A DNA stretch of 64,000 bases from an uncultured Gammaproteobacteria bacterium (lineage in GTDB: Bacteria; Patescibacteriota; Patescibacteriia; Magasanikbacterales; UBA922), in the NCBI GenBank assembly GCA_964522405.1, contig CAZFTR010000005.1, positions 7,747 to 71,746 of the forward strand, in the 5' to 3' direction. Each line of letters starts with the position of its first letter. Position 1 is the stretch's first letter. The position numbers and the translations under genes are program-made. Under the pieces are notes generated by a model. The model saw nothing but the letters and a program-made list of their open reading frames with translations, was not told the origin of the DNA and did not search any database. This document shows positions 18,973-28,760 of the stretch, one piece after another.

Positions 18973-19422
18973 ATGTCATTAATACGTTGGTCACCAGATT
19001 GGGATCCATTTGCCCAGATGGAGCAAATGATGAAAAACTTTCCATCAATGGGTGGTGCAGGATTACAAAAAGGATTTGTGCCTGCCATGGATGTTTATGA
19101 AGAAAAAAACGCAATAGTAGTAGAGGCTCCGCTAGCAGGAGTAGATCCGGAAGATGTAGAAGTAAGTGTAGAAAAAGGAATTTTAACAGTGCAAGGACAA
19201 AGTAAAAAAGAACATGAAGTAGAAGAAAAAAATTATTACCGAAAAGAAATGAGAAGTGGTTCATTTTTTCGACAAGTAGCACTTCCAGCAGCAGTAAAAG
19301 AAGACAAAGTAACAGCAAAGTTTGAAGATGGAATTTTGAAAATCAGTTGTCCAAAAGCGACTCCGACAAAAACAAAGAAAATAAACGTCAAAATAGTGAA
19401 AAAAGCAAAAGGAAAAAAATAA
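18973..19422 (+). CDS. Hsp20/alpha-crystallin small heat-shock protein
   Basis: PAMDVYE, LAGVDPEDVEV, GSFFRQVALP, AKFEDGILKI; GGAGG SD. Confidence 0.95.
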   Translation: MSLIRWSPDWDPFAQMEQMMKNFPSMGGAGLQKGFVPAMDVYEEKNAIVVEAPLAGVDPEDVEVSVEKGILTVQGQSKKEHEVEEKNYYRKEMRSGSFFRQVALPAAVKEDKVTAKFEDGILKISCPKATPTKTKKINVKIVKKAKGKK

Positions 19423-19501
19423 ATTATATTTTCAAGCATCTTGGTCGCAAATTGCGATCAAGTTTTGAGGGGATAATTAAGAAATTATTTATTTCAGAGT
19501 T

Positions 19502-19744
19502 ATGTTTAAGTTTAATTTAATAGAAAAATTGAAAATTATTTTTCATTTTAGAAAAAAAAGCAAAACAAAAGGAGGTAACGGTGGGGATATATTTATCGCA
19601 GGTGGAGAATTGAAAGGTGGCGGAACAATAAGTGCTGATGGGAGCAGGGGTGAAGTGGGTGGTGAAGGTGGTTCTGTAACTATAATTACAGATAAAAATA
19701 ATTTTGAAGGACAAATTTCAGCTCAGGGTGGAGGAAATTTGTAA
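19502..19744 (+). CDS. Small glycine-rich hypothetical protein
   Basis: GGNGGDIFI...GTISADG...GGEGGSVTI...GQISAQGG internal repeat. Confidence 0.5.
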   Translation: MFKFNLIEKLKIIFHFRKKSKTKGGNGGDIFIAGGELKGGGTISADGSRGEVGGEGGSVTIITDKNNFEGQISAQGGGNL

Positions 19745-19828
19745 GATAATAATATATGTAATTAAACTGTAAAATATTCACTATTAACTAATAACTATTA
19801 TCTATTAACTATTCACTATTAAAAAAAT

Positions 19829-21781
19829 ATGGGAAAAATATTAGGAATCGATCTAGGAACAACAAATTCATGTATGGCAGTGACAGAAGGTGGTCAGCCA
19901 AAAGTACTTGAGAACAAAGAGGGAAACAGAACAACACCTTCAATGGTTGCAGTTTCAAAAACAGGAGAACGACTTGCGGGACAACTTGCCAAACGTCAAT
20001 CAGTTACCAATCCAGCAAATACACTATATTCGATCAAACGTTTGATCGGACGACGTTTCAATGATCCGGAAGTGCAGGAAGTACAAAAGCATGTGCCTTT
20101 TGAGATTATTCCAGATGGAGATAGATTGAAAATCAAAATGGGGGACAAGGAACATACACCGCAAGAAGTTGCAGCAATGGTTTTACAAAAACTAAAAGCA
20201 GATGCAGAAGAAAAAACCGGTGAAACTATAACAGAGGCTGTTATTACAGTTCCAGCATATTTTGATGATGCACAACGCCAAGCAACAAAAGACGCAGGAG
20301 AAATTGCAGGTCTAAAAGTTTCAAGAATTATCAATGAGCCAACAGCAGCAGCATTTGCCTATGGTTTTGATAAGAAAAATGACCAGAAGATTGCAGTGTA
20401 CGATCTTGGTGGTGGAACTTTTGATATTTCAATTCTAGAGATTTCACATGATGCAGAAGACGACAGTTCAACTGTAGAAGTAATGGCTACAAATGGTGAC
20501 ACCCATCTAGGCGGAGATGATTTTGATCAGGCAATTATCAGATGGATAATCGATGAATTTAAACGCACTGAGGGTGTAGATTTGGGTTCAGACCCATTAT
20601 CACTCCAAAGAGTAAAAGATGCGGCTGAAAAGGCCAAAATAGAGCTCTCAAGCACTCCAGAAACAGAAATCAACGAACCATTTATCACAGCAGGAGCAGA
20701 AGGACCAAAACATTTGAATTTGAAGATGTCTCGAGCAAAATTAGAAGAGCTCGTGGGAGATTTAGTAGAGAGAAGTTTAATCCCAGTAAAGAAATCACTA
20801 GATGATGCTGGAGTTGCAAAAACAGATATAAATGAAGTAATTCTAGTAGGTGGAATGACCAGAATGCCATTAGTTCAGAAAAAAGTAGAAGAATTTTTTG
20901 GTAAAAAACCAAACTCATCAGTAAACCCAGATGAGGTAGTAGCAATGGGTGCCGCAATCCAAGCAGGACAGCTCCAAGGAGATCTTGGAAAAGAAATTTT
21001 GCTTCTTGATGTAACACCACTTTCATTTGGAATAGAGACACTTGGATCAGTTAGTACAAAAGTAATTGATAGTAATACAACAATTCCAACAACAAAATCA
21101 CAAGTATTTTCAACAGCAGCAGATAATCAGCCAAGTGTAGAAATACATGTGCTTCAAGGAGAGCGTGAAATGGCAACGGATAATAAAACATTGGGGAGAT
21201 TTCATCTTGATGGAATTCCACCAGCACCGCGTGGAGTGCCACAGATCGAAGTAAAATTTGATATTGATGCAAATGGAATCCTAAGTGTTTCAGCAAAAGA
21301 TAAGGGAACAGGAAAAGAACAATCAATTCGAATTGAAGCAAGTTCAGGACTAAGTGATGAAGAAATCGAAAAAATGAAAAAAGATGCAGAAGCGCATGCA
21401 GAGGAAGATAAGAAAAAACGTGAAATGATTGATATCAAAAATACAGCAGATACAATGGTTTACACAACAGAAAAAATGATGAAAGATGTTGAAGAAAAGA
21501 AAATAGAAATCACAGAAGAAGAAAAGAAAAAAGTAGAAGATGCATTAGTAAAAGTAAAAGAACTAAAAGAGGGTGAAGATATGGAAGCTTTGAAAACTGC
21601 ATCAGATGAACTTTCAACATCAGCCCAAGCAATCGGAATGAAAATGTATGAGCAAGAACAGGCTGCGCAAAAAGCAACTGGTGGAACAGAAGGCCAAACT
21701 GCAGGAGAAGCCGGTGCAGAAACTGACGAGAAAAAAGAAGATGGGCCGATTGAGGGTGAAGTTGTTGAGGATAGTAAATAG
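19829..21781 (+). CDS. dnaK: Chaperone DnaK
   Basis: [36 protein letters not shown]. Confidence 0.99.
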   Translation: MGKILGIDLGTTNSCMAVTEGGQPKVLENKEGNRTTPSMVAVSKTGERLAGQLAKRQSVTNPANTLYSIKRLIGRRFNDPEVQEVQKHVPFEIIPDGDRLKIKMGDKEHTPQEVAAMVLQKLKADAEEKTGETITEAVITVPAYFDDAQRQATKDAGEIAGLKVSRIINEPTAAAFAYGFDKKNDQKIAVYDLGGGTFDISILEISHDAEDDSSTVEVMATNGDTHLGGDDFDQAIIRWIIDEFKRTEGVDLGSDPLSLQRVKDAAEKAKIELSSTPETEINEPFITAGAEGPKHLNLKMSRAKLEELVGDLVERSLIPVKKSLDDAGVAKTDINEVILVGGMTRMPLVQKKVEEFFGKKPNSSVNPDEVVAMGAAIQAGQLQGDLGKEILLLDVTPLSFGIETLGSVSTKVIDSNTTIPTTKSQVFSTAADNQPSVEIHVLQGEREMATDNKTLGRFHLDGIPPAPRGVPQIEVKFDIDANGILSVSAKDKGTGKEQSIRIEASSGLSDEEIEKMKKDAEAHAEEDKKKREMIDIKNTADTMVYTTEKMMKDVEEKKIEITEEEKKKVEDALVKVKELKEGEDMEALKTASDELSTSAQAIGMKMYEQEQAAQKATGGTEGQTAGEAGAETDEKKEDGPIEGEVVEDSK

Positions 21782-21843
21782 TTGACAGTTAACAGGTAAC
21801 AGTTCACAACTGGAAACTACAAACTGTAACCTGATAACTGTAA
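21778..21843. repeat. Heptamer-repeat palindrome after dnaK
   Basis: gttgacagttaacaggtaacagtt ... aactgtaacctgataactg. Confidence 0.7.
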
Positions 21844-21852
21844 TAAATATAA

Positions 21853-22500
21853 ATGCTAAACCAATACAACAATCTAGAAGCACAAGAACAGGAGTTCACT
21901 GAACTCCTTGTTCGCTTTTCAGAAGAAGATAGAGAAGAGATTAAAGGCGCGTACGAATTAGCAAAAGAAATGCATACAGGTCAGCTCAGACATGAGGGGA
22001 CAGCTTATGTAATTCATCCACTTCGAGTCGCTATGATTTTGATGAGAGATTCGGGTATTGAAGACAAAGAATTGATAATCGCAGCACTTCTTCATGACAC
22101 AGTAGAAGACACTCCAGTTACACTAGAAGATCTGAGTAAAAAATATACTCAAAGAACAGTAGGGTTGGTAGAAGATTTAACACGCCACAGACCGGAGAGT
22201 GAAACAGAGCAGCAGAAAAAGCAAGCAAAGCCGATTAAGCTAAATTGGTTTATAAAGAACGCATCCAAAGATTCAAAACTGATCAAATGCGCAGATATAC
22301 TAGATAATATGCGAACCTGGGAATTTATTCCAGAAGGGCATTGGGGAGAGAAGAAATTTTCGCGCTGGATGGACGAAGCCCAGAATTTGTATATTCCGCT
22401 TGCTGAAGTTACAGATGAGTATTTTGTTAAGGAGATTAGAGATTTGTATGAGAAGTATAAATTAAATGAAAGATTTAAGTTGTCATCCCGAGCGGAATGA
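21853..22500 (+). CDS. RelA/SpoT-type HD hydrolase (small alarmone hydrolase/Mesh1-like)
   Basis: H.GQ.R..G..YVIHP, AALLHDTVEDT, IKCADILDN; no synthetase domain. Confidence 0.85.
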   Translation: MLNQYNNLEAQEQEFTELLVRFSEEDREEIKGAYELAKEMHTGQLRHEGTAYVIHPLRVAMILMRDSGIEDKELIIAALLHDTVEDTPVTLEDLSKKYTQRTVGLVEDLTRHRPESETEQQKKQAKPIKLNWFIKNASKDSKLIKCADILDNMRTWEFIPEGHWGEKKFSRWMDEAQNLYIPLAEVTDEYFVKEIRDLYEKYKLNERFKLSSRAE

Positions 22501-22581
22501 GTCCGAGCGTAGCGAGAGCGAATGAAGTCGAGGGATCCCTAGATTACTTTTTTCTTTCAGAAAACTTCACTCGGGATGACA
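22481..22581. repeat. REP-like GTCATCCCGAG...CTCGGGATGAC palindrome, copy 1
   Basis: tgtcatcccgag/ctcgggatgaca termini, internal gggatccc; supplies the stop codon of the HD gene. Confidence 0.8.
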
Positions 22582-22607
22582 GACTATTGAACTACAACCA
22601 AAAACAT

Positions 22608-23072
22608 ATGAAAAAACTTCCAATGTTCACATCCACGCTATTATTTTTGATAGTTTTTGGATTAGCATTTTGGTATTTTAATTCGCAAGAAGTAGAAGAG
22701 GTAGAAGAAGGTATCGTAGAACAAGAAGAATTGGAAAAACCAGTCTTAATTGGAGATGAAATTGGAGTATCGATTAGTTTTAAATTAGTTTCAAGAGAAA
22801 ATTTAATAGGATCATGGCAATGGACACAGGGTCCGGCATCATGGCAAAGTATAATTCTTGATCAAGATGGAAATTACTATACACATTTGCATGATCGGCC
22901 ATTTGATAGTGGTACTTGGAATTTGGAATCAGGAATACTGTCTCTGGATTCAGAAGTTGGAGAAGAAATGGATTTATCGTTTAAAGATTTGAAATTATCA
23001 AAAGAAGATAATTTGAATATGATGCGAGTGATTGATGACGCGACTGTTAGCGTTTGGGAGAGAATTAAATAA
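22608..23072 (+). CDS. Membrane-anchored hypothetical protein
   Basis: MKKLPMF start after the REP; N-terminal TM; LIGSWQW and GTWNL beta-barrel-like motifs. Confidence 0.65.
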   Translation: MKKLPMFTSTLLFLIVFGLAFWYFNSQEVEEVEEGIVEQEELEKPVLIGDEIGVSISFKLVSRENLIGSWQWTQGPASWQSIILDQDGNYYTHLHDRPFDSGTWNLESGILSLDSEVGEEMDLSFKDLKLSKEDNLNMMRVIDDATVSVWERIK

Positions 23073-23112
23073 TTTTAACTATCAACTATAAGCTGTCAAC
23101 TATAATTAACCT

Positions 23113-24201
23113 ATGTCCAAAGACTACTACAAAACACTCGGCGTCACTAAAAATGCTTCACAAGAAGAAGTAAAAAAAGCTTTTCGTAAACTTGCCCATA
23201 AATATCATCCGGATAAAAAGGGTGGTGATGAGGCAAAGTTCAAAGAAATAAATGAAGCTTTTCAAGTTGTGGGTGATTCTACCAAGAGAAAACAATATGA
23301 TCAGTTTGGCGCAGACTTCCAGCAACAAGGCGGTTTTGGTGGTGGAATGAATTGGGAAGATTTCATGCGAGCAACTCGTGGTGGTGGAGGTGGAATGAAT
23401 TTTGGAGGGGTTGATCTTGGGGATATTTTTGGTGAGATGTTTGGTGGTGGAGGTGGTCGAGGAAGAGGTCAAACTCGTGGAAATGATGTGCAAGTAGATA
23501 TTGAATTAGATTTCAAAGACGCAGCTTTTGGAATAGAGCGTGAAATTAATTTAAAGAAAAACAATCCATGCGCAGTCTGTTCTGGAACTGGAGCTGAGCC
23601 TGGAAGTAAAATGGAAAATTGCGAAACTTGTGGAGGTCAGGGGCAGGTTCGAAGAATCCAACAAACTCTTCTTGGTGCTATGCAATCAGTAAGTACATGT
23701 CACAGTTGTCATGGACAGGGAAAATTTCCAGAAAAACAATGTAAGCATTGTGGAGGAGATGGACTTGAGAGAAGTAATTCAAATTATAAAATAAAAATTC
23801 CTGCTGGAATTGATCATGGCGGTCTTATTAAGTTATCCGGAAAAGGAGAAAGTGCAGGTGTTGGAAGTGTTCCTGGAGATCTTTATGTTCGTGTTCTTGT
23901 GAAATCACTTGAAGGATTTGAAAGAAGAGGTTTTGATGTTCATACTGAGGTTAATATCTCATACCCGCAAGCAGTTTTGGGTGATAAGATTGAAATAGAA
24001 ACTCTTGATGGAAATAAAAAATTGGTAATTCCGTCAGGTACACAGTCACATCAGGAAATCAAATTAAAAAGTTTTGGAATCACTCGATTAAATCGTGGTG
24101 GACGAGGGGATCAGTATGTAAAAGTTGTAGTAACGGTTCCGAAAAAACCGGGTAGGAAAGCGAAGAAGTTGATCGAAGAATTAGGAAATGAGCTAAAATA
24201 G
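23113..24201 (+). CDS. dnaJ: Chaperone DnaJ
   Basis: J domain HPD, G/F region, four CxxCxGxG repeats. Confidence 0.98.
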   Translation: MSKDYYKTLGVTKNASQEEVKKAFRKLAHKYHPDKKGGDEAKFKEINEAFQVVGDSTKRKQYDQFGADFQQQGGFGGGMNWEDFMRATRGGGGGMNFGGVDLGDIFGEMFGGGGGRGRGQTRGNDVQVDIELDFKDAAFGIEREINLKKNNPCAVCSGTGAEPGSKMENCETCGGQGQVRRIQQTLLGAMQSVSTCHSCHGQGKFPEKQCKHCGGDGLERSNSNYKIKIPAGIDHGGLIKLSGKGESAGVGSVPGDLYVRVLVKSLEGFERRGFDVHTEVNISYPQAVLGDKIEIETLDGNKKLVIPSGTQSHQEIKLKSFGITRLNRGGRGDQYVKVVVTVPKKPGRKAKKLIEELGNELK

Positions 24202-24202
24202 T

Positions 24203-24712
24203 ATGCAAGAAGCCCCAAATCACAATGGAAAGTTTGGAATAGGAGTTTTTACAACTTTTATAAATGAAAAGGGTCAGGTTTTGCTGGGTCATAGAACTGA
24301 TCATGATTTATGGAATCAGATCGGTGGGGGAGTTCACACTGGTGAATCTCCAGAAGACGCAATGATTCGTGAAATAAAAGAAGAGATATGTGTGGATGCT
24401 AAAATTATTCGATTAGTTGGCGTTTATCCAAAACCAGAAAATAATGAATTGATTTTTTCTTTTGAATGTAAAATTACAAATGGAATTCCTTGTGAAAGCG
24501 CTGAAGTAAATAAAATTGAATGGTTTGATCCAGAAAATATTCCAAAAAATATCTCTCCAAATCAGTTTAAAAGAACTTTTGATGCTTTAGATAAAAATAA
24601 AAAATTTCATTTTTATAATATTCCGTATGCTCGGACTTTGGAGAGATGTAAAGATGGAACTCTAGAAAAATACAATGAAGAAATACTTAAAAAAATAAAA
24701 AGCCCCAAGTAA
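24203..24712 (+). CDS. Nudix hydrolase
   Basis: GGGVHTGESPEDAMIREIKEE Nudix box; starts 1 nt after the dnaJ stop. Confidence 0.9.
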   Translation: MQEAPNHNGKFGIGVFTTFINEKGQVLLGHRTDHDLWNQIGGGVHTGESPEDAMIREIKEEICVDAKIIRLVGVYPKPENNELIFSFECKITNGIPCESAEVNKIEWFDPENIPKNISPNQFKRTFDALDKNKKFHFYNIPYARTLERCKDGTLEKYNEEILKKIKSPK

Positions 24713-24725
24713 TCGGGGATTTTTA

Positions 24726-25055
24726 TTATGCTGGAGAAAATCCTAGGCCACTTCTGATTTTTCCAAGATTTTGCAATTTATCAGAATTTTCAGATACTTT
24801 GTGTATTATTTCAGTTTGTATTTCTCGCATATCACTAAATTCTTCCTTGAACTCAGAATATATTCTGTCAATTTTATAATCCATGGATTCCATATTGTCT
24901 TTTATTGAAACCATTTCTCCTTTTACTGAACTCATTTCATCTTTCAATGATCCAACATCGTTTTTTATAGAAACTATTTCTTGACCTTGAAAATCTACTT
25001 GTTTTCCGATTTTATCTAGTTTAGCCCCAATATCTTTTAATGTTATTTCCTCCAT
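24726..25055 (-). CDS. Coiled-coil hypothetical protein with heptad repeats
   Basis: IVSIKND-VGSLKDE-MSSVKGE-MVSIKDN. Confidence 0.65.
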   Translation of the reverse strand: MEEITLKDIGAKLDKIGKQVDFQGQEIVSIKNDVGSLKDEMSSVKGEMVSIKDNMESMDYKIDRIYSEFKEEFSDMREIQTEIIHKVSENSDKLQNLGKIRSGLGFSPA

Positions 25056-25181
25056 ATTGATTTTTTAATGAATAATAGTATATTCAATATTATCGCTCAA
25101 TCAAAATCACGTCAACACAAAAGATTAAATTTTTCTAAACTCATGTAGCTTGTAAAAAAACTTCTATCCACAAATAGAAGT

Positions 25182-25595
25182 TTATAATATGTTTTTCAGA
25201 TTTCTATGTAAAATGGTCGGCTTCATAGCAATTATTTCAGTCTCATAATACGGCATTTTTGGAATTGGATTTAATAAGTAAATTGGCTTATTTAGAATAT
25301 ATGCAAATCCCATTTCCAGAAAACTATTTCCCCCGATATATCCAGCAATTCCAGATTTTTCATAATTAAGAACCAGAACTTTATCACATTTTTTTATAGT
25401 ATCCCAATGTTCACGCATGGCATCTTGTTCGTATTTTTGTTTTAATTTGAGTTCTTCTGCTTGTTCATCATCTAAACCTCTAAATTCTGCAGAAAAAGTT
25501 GATGCAAATGCTTCGTGTCCATGAGATTTAAACCACTCAGCAGTTTTGATTGCTTTTTCAGCGTATTGCATGCTATGGCAAAGTGCGATTTTCAT
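25182..25595 (-). CDS. Nucleoside 2-deoxyribosyltransferase-like protein
   Basis: IKKCDKVLVLN...GYIGGNSFLEMGFAYILNKPIY pattern. Confidence 0.6.
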   Translation of the reverse strand: MKIALCHSMQYAEKAIKTAEWFKSHGHEAFASTFSAEFRGLDDEQAEELKLKQKYEQDAMREHWDTIKKCDKVLVLNYEKSGIAGYIGGNSFLEMGFAYILNKPIYLLNPIPKMPYYETEIIAMKPTILHRNLKNIL

Positions 25596-25597
25596 AT

Positions 25598-25999
25598 TTA
25601 GACTTGATCATCCAAAACCTTATTTACTTCTGCATCTGCTTCTTTATTCAAAGCTCTTTCGACATGTGCTATCTTCACTTTTTTAAAACCTTGTATCTCG
25701 TTCCAGGCCTGTATAAATAGTTTTTGAATATTCGGATGTTTTACTTTCCAATTTCTGTTTAGCTGTTCACAAACAAGCTTGCTGTCTACCAATAGTTCAA
25801 TTTCTTCTGCTCCAAGTTCTTTGGCTTTTTTTAGCCCAGAAATTGCTGCTGAGTATTCTGCAAAATTATTTGTTTGTTCACCAAGATATTCTCCGTAGTT
25901 CGCTAGAATTTTTCCTGATTGGTCTTTTACCACAATTCCTGTTGCGGCTGGGCCTGGATTTCCGCGGGCTCCGCCGTCGGTGAAGATTGTTAGTTTCAT
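25598..25999 (-). CDS. rnhA: Ribonuclease HI
   Basis: FTDGGARGNPGPA, TNNFAEY, DSKLV, NKEADA. Confidence 0.93.
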   Translation of the reverse strand: MKLTIFTDGGARGNPGPAATGIVVKDQSGKILANYGEYLGEQTNNFAEYSAAISGLKKAKELGAEEIELLVDSKLVCEQLNRNWKVKHPNIQKLFIQAWNEIQGFKKVKIAHVERALNKEADAEVNKVLDDQV

Positions 26000-26030
26000 A
26001 AAGTAGTGAGTATTGATTTATGAGTTTAAT

Positions 26031-26188
26031 TTGTCATCCCGAGCGAAGTTTTCTGAAAGAAAAACGAAGTCGAGGGATCCCTGTCTATGTAGTATTGCGA
26101 ACGGATTAAGAGTGTTGCGCTATACTGTATAGACAGGGATCTCTCCACTACATCTCTTACTTCGTAGAGATTGCGGTCGAGATGACAA
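26031..26188. repeat. REP-like palindrome, copy 2
   Basis: ttgtcatcccga/tcgagatgacaa termini; inner stem gggatccctgtctat/atagacagggatctc; left end matches the reverse complement of copy 1's right end. Confidence 0.8.
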
Positions 26189-26190
26189 CT

Positions 26191-27966
26191 TTAGTTTTTC
26201 TTCAAATCACTTATAGTCAACTGCAACTCACGATTTCCATTCCATTCATTTATATCTACTTCAAAAACCATGTCTATTTTATCTCCAGGTTTGAGAATTC
26301 TTGACCAGTCTTTTCCATCTCCTTTCTGTGTATCTGAAAGATTCCAACCAATTGTTTTTCTAACTATATGATTGTTGTGTTTAACCAAAATTCTCAAGTG
26401 TTTTCCTTCTTTTCCAACCGGTTCAATTTTGTGAACTGTTAGCCCTTCTGCTAAATATTTTGGTTTGGGATTTGCTTGTCCAAATGGTTTGAAATGGTCT
26501 AGTACATCATAAAATTTCCAATCCACATCTTCTAAGTTTATTTTTGCATCAATGTCCAGGTATGCATTTATATCTGAATCTTTTGTTTGTAAATCAAATT
26601 TTTCTAAAAGTTTTTTCTTGAACTCCTCAAGTGTCTCTGGACTTGCAAGTGTAAAACCACAAGCCATTGGATGTCCACCAAATTTTTTGAACATTTCCGG
26701 CATGCTTTGTAGCGCTTCTATCATATTAAAGGCAGGCATACTTCTGCATGATCCGGTTATTTCTTCTTTGTTCATGGTCATGGCAACGGTTGGTTTGCTA
26801 TATTTTTCTTTTATTCTTCCTGAGATAAGTCCCAGAATTCCTGTCATCCAGTGAGATTTATAAACAAATAGCACTTCTTTTTTGTCCAATCCTTCATTGT
26901 TTATTTGTGAGATTGCTTCGTTTACATATTCTTCGGTCATGTCGCGCCTTTCTTTGTTGTTTTGTTCAAGCTCAAAGGCTAGATCAACTGCGTCAGTGGC
27001 ACTTTCTGTTACAAATAATTTATAACCAACATTGGCATGATTGATTCTGCCTGCTGCATTTATTCTCGGTGCTATTCGAAATCCTATTGAATGTGCATCT
27101 AGCTCTTTGGTTAAAACACCTTCCTGATCCATTAGTTTTATTTCCATTAGCAATTTTTTCATTCCCACTCGTCGAGCTTTATTTAGAACTATAAGACCAA
27201 ATTTTGTCAGGGTTCTAGATTCACCAATCAGTGGAACCATGTCAGCAACACTTGAAATTGCTACCATGTCCAGTAACCATTTTTCAAATGCTTCATGTTT
27301 TTCCCCGTTTGGAAGTACTTCGTGTTTTTCTTTGTGTTTTTTTAGAATTGCTTGAACATATTTAAAAGCAACCGCGCCTCCTGCAAGCCCTTTATCTGGG
27401 TAAGATTCTCCTTCAACTTTAGGATGGATAATTGCATAAGCAGGGGGAAGTTGGTCTGGAATACTGTGATGATCTGTGACAATTACATCAATTCCCAGCT
27501 GATTTGCAAGTTCTACTTCTTCTTTATTACTAACACCACAATCACAAGTAATAATTAAGTTTGTACCTTGTTCATTTAGGTAATTAATTGTTTTTTTGTT
27601 AAGTCCGTATCCATCTATATCCCTGTGTGGAAGAAAGACATCAAAATTATCATGACCAAGTGCTTTTAAAATTGAATGAAGAATTACTGATCCTGAAACT
27701 CCATCAGCATCATAATCTCCATGAATTGTTATTTTTTGGTTATTTTCTACAGCTTCAAAAAGCCGATCAACAGCTTTTTCCATATCTTGAAACAAGAAGG
27801 GATCATGAACATCCTGAGAATAATCTGGATGCAGAAATTCATCTATTTGTTCTTGGGTATGTAGATTTCGGTGATAGAGTAATGCTGCTACGCCACGAGG
27901 AAGTTCTGGATGAGATTCAAAAAATGACTCAGGCGGGTCTGGCAATACATTCCAGATTTTTTGCAT
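26191..27966 (-). CDS. recJ: ssDNA-specific exonuclease RecJ
   Basis: GDYDADG, TCDCG, TDHH, ADMVPL, PRINAAGR, GGHPMACG. Confidence 0.97.
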   Translation of the reverse strand: MQKIWNVLPDPPESFFESHPELPRGVAALLYHRNLHTQEQIDEFLHPDYSQDVHDPFLFQDMEKAVDRLFEAVENNQKITIHGDYDADGVSGSVILHSILKALGHDNFDVFLPHRDIDGYGLNKKTINYLNEQGTNLIITCDCGVSNKEEVELANQLGIDVIVTDHHSIPDQLPPAYAIIHPKVEGESYPDKGLAGGAVAFKYVQAILKKHKEKHEVLPNGEKHEAFEKWLLDMVAISSVADMVPLIGESRTLTKFGLIVLNKARRVGMKKLLMEIKLMDQEGVLTKELDAHSIGFRIAPRINAAGRINHANVGYKLFVTESATDAVDLAFELEQNNKERRDMTEEYVNEAISQINNEGLDKKEVLFVYKSHWMTGILGLISGRIKEKYSKPTVAMTMNKEEITGSCRSMPAFNMIEALQSMPEMFKKFGGHPMACGFTLASPETLEEFKKKLLEKFDLQTKDSDINAYLDIDAKINLEDVDWKFYDVLDHFKPFGQANPKPKYLAEGLTVHKIEPVGKEGKHLRILVKHNNHIVRKTIGWNLSDTQKGDGKDWSRILKPGDKIDMVFEVDINEWNGNRELQLTISDLKKN

Positions 27967-28146
27967 AAATAGTAATAGTTGACAGTTTACAGTTAATAGT
28001 TTTGAGTGGTGAACGGTGATTGGTTTGGATTTGTTGATTTTAGTAAAATGCTGGGAGGACTGTGAAGAAGATCATTCCGAGAATTGCGACTACGCTGATT
28101 ACAAGCCAGAGTGTTTTGAATTTTTTGGAGTTGTACATAGATTTAA

Positions 28147-28726
28147 GGGGTATTCGGATTTACGGATAATCCTGATAATCCGGATGTTTAATTAGAATTG
28201 TTTTTCAAGTCTTGAACCAACTTTAGCTTTTTATTATAATTATAAAATTTTTCTATCATTTAATTTGTCTCTTTATCAATTTTGTTTTCTAGCTCTTTGA
28301 TTGATTTTTTCATTGCACTTGTTATTTTAAAAAAGTGGAATTTCATAGTAGTGTCATCTGTTCTCTTTTTTTTATCACCCATCATTTCATCGAAATTATC
28401 ACCAACTTCTTTTGGAAAAGTAACCTTGAAATCAGCAATCATTTCGCAAGAGTAACTATTTTTTGCCATCGAAGAGCTTAGTTCTTCGATGACTTTTTTG
28501 TATTTATTTTCTAAATCGCGTTTCCTTTTGTAAAGCCTCTCAATTTTGATGGTTTTTTTCCATTTTTTATATTCTACATTTAAAGTAATAATGGGTGTTA
28601 TGCTTGCAATTAGGCCACCAATTAAAACTCCTAATAATGTCTCTGACATATATAAATTAAATTTTATTCTATTTAACCCCAGCAATCATCCGGATTATCA
28701 GGATTATCCGTAAATCCGAATACCCC
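28147..28726. mobile_element. 580-bp cassette bounded by perfect 40-bp inverted repeats, carrying one passenger ORF
   Basis: ggggtattcggatttacggataatcctgataatccggatg at 28147-28186 and its exact reverse complement at 28687-28726; mobility is inferred. Confidence 0.6.
28260..28649 (-). CDS. Passenger hypothetical protein with N-terminal TM (129 aa)
   Basis: MSETLLGVLIGGLIASITPII then a helical basic domain. Confidence 0.7.
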   Translation of the reverse strand: MSETLLGVLIGGLIASITPIITLNVEYKKWKKTIKIERLYKRKRDLENKYKKVIEELSSSMAKNSYSCEMIADFKVTFPKEVGDNFDEMMGDKKKRTDDTTMKFHFFKITSAMKKSIKELENKIDKETN

Positions 28727-28760
28727 CAAGCCAGTTTCATCAACTCATTAACGGTTTGTA

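Noticed and set aside
19439-19465. cttggtcgcaaattgcgatcaag hairpin, similar to actgtcgcgaattttgcgacagt at about 46879
   Set aside because: Only two short loosely similar hairpins; not enough to define a repeat family or operator
22497-22607. N-terminal extension of ORF 22497-23072
   Set aside because: It is translated REP palindrome; the plausible start is ATG 22608
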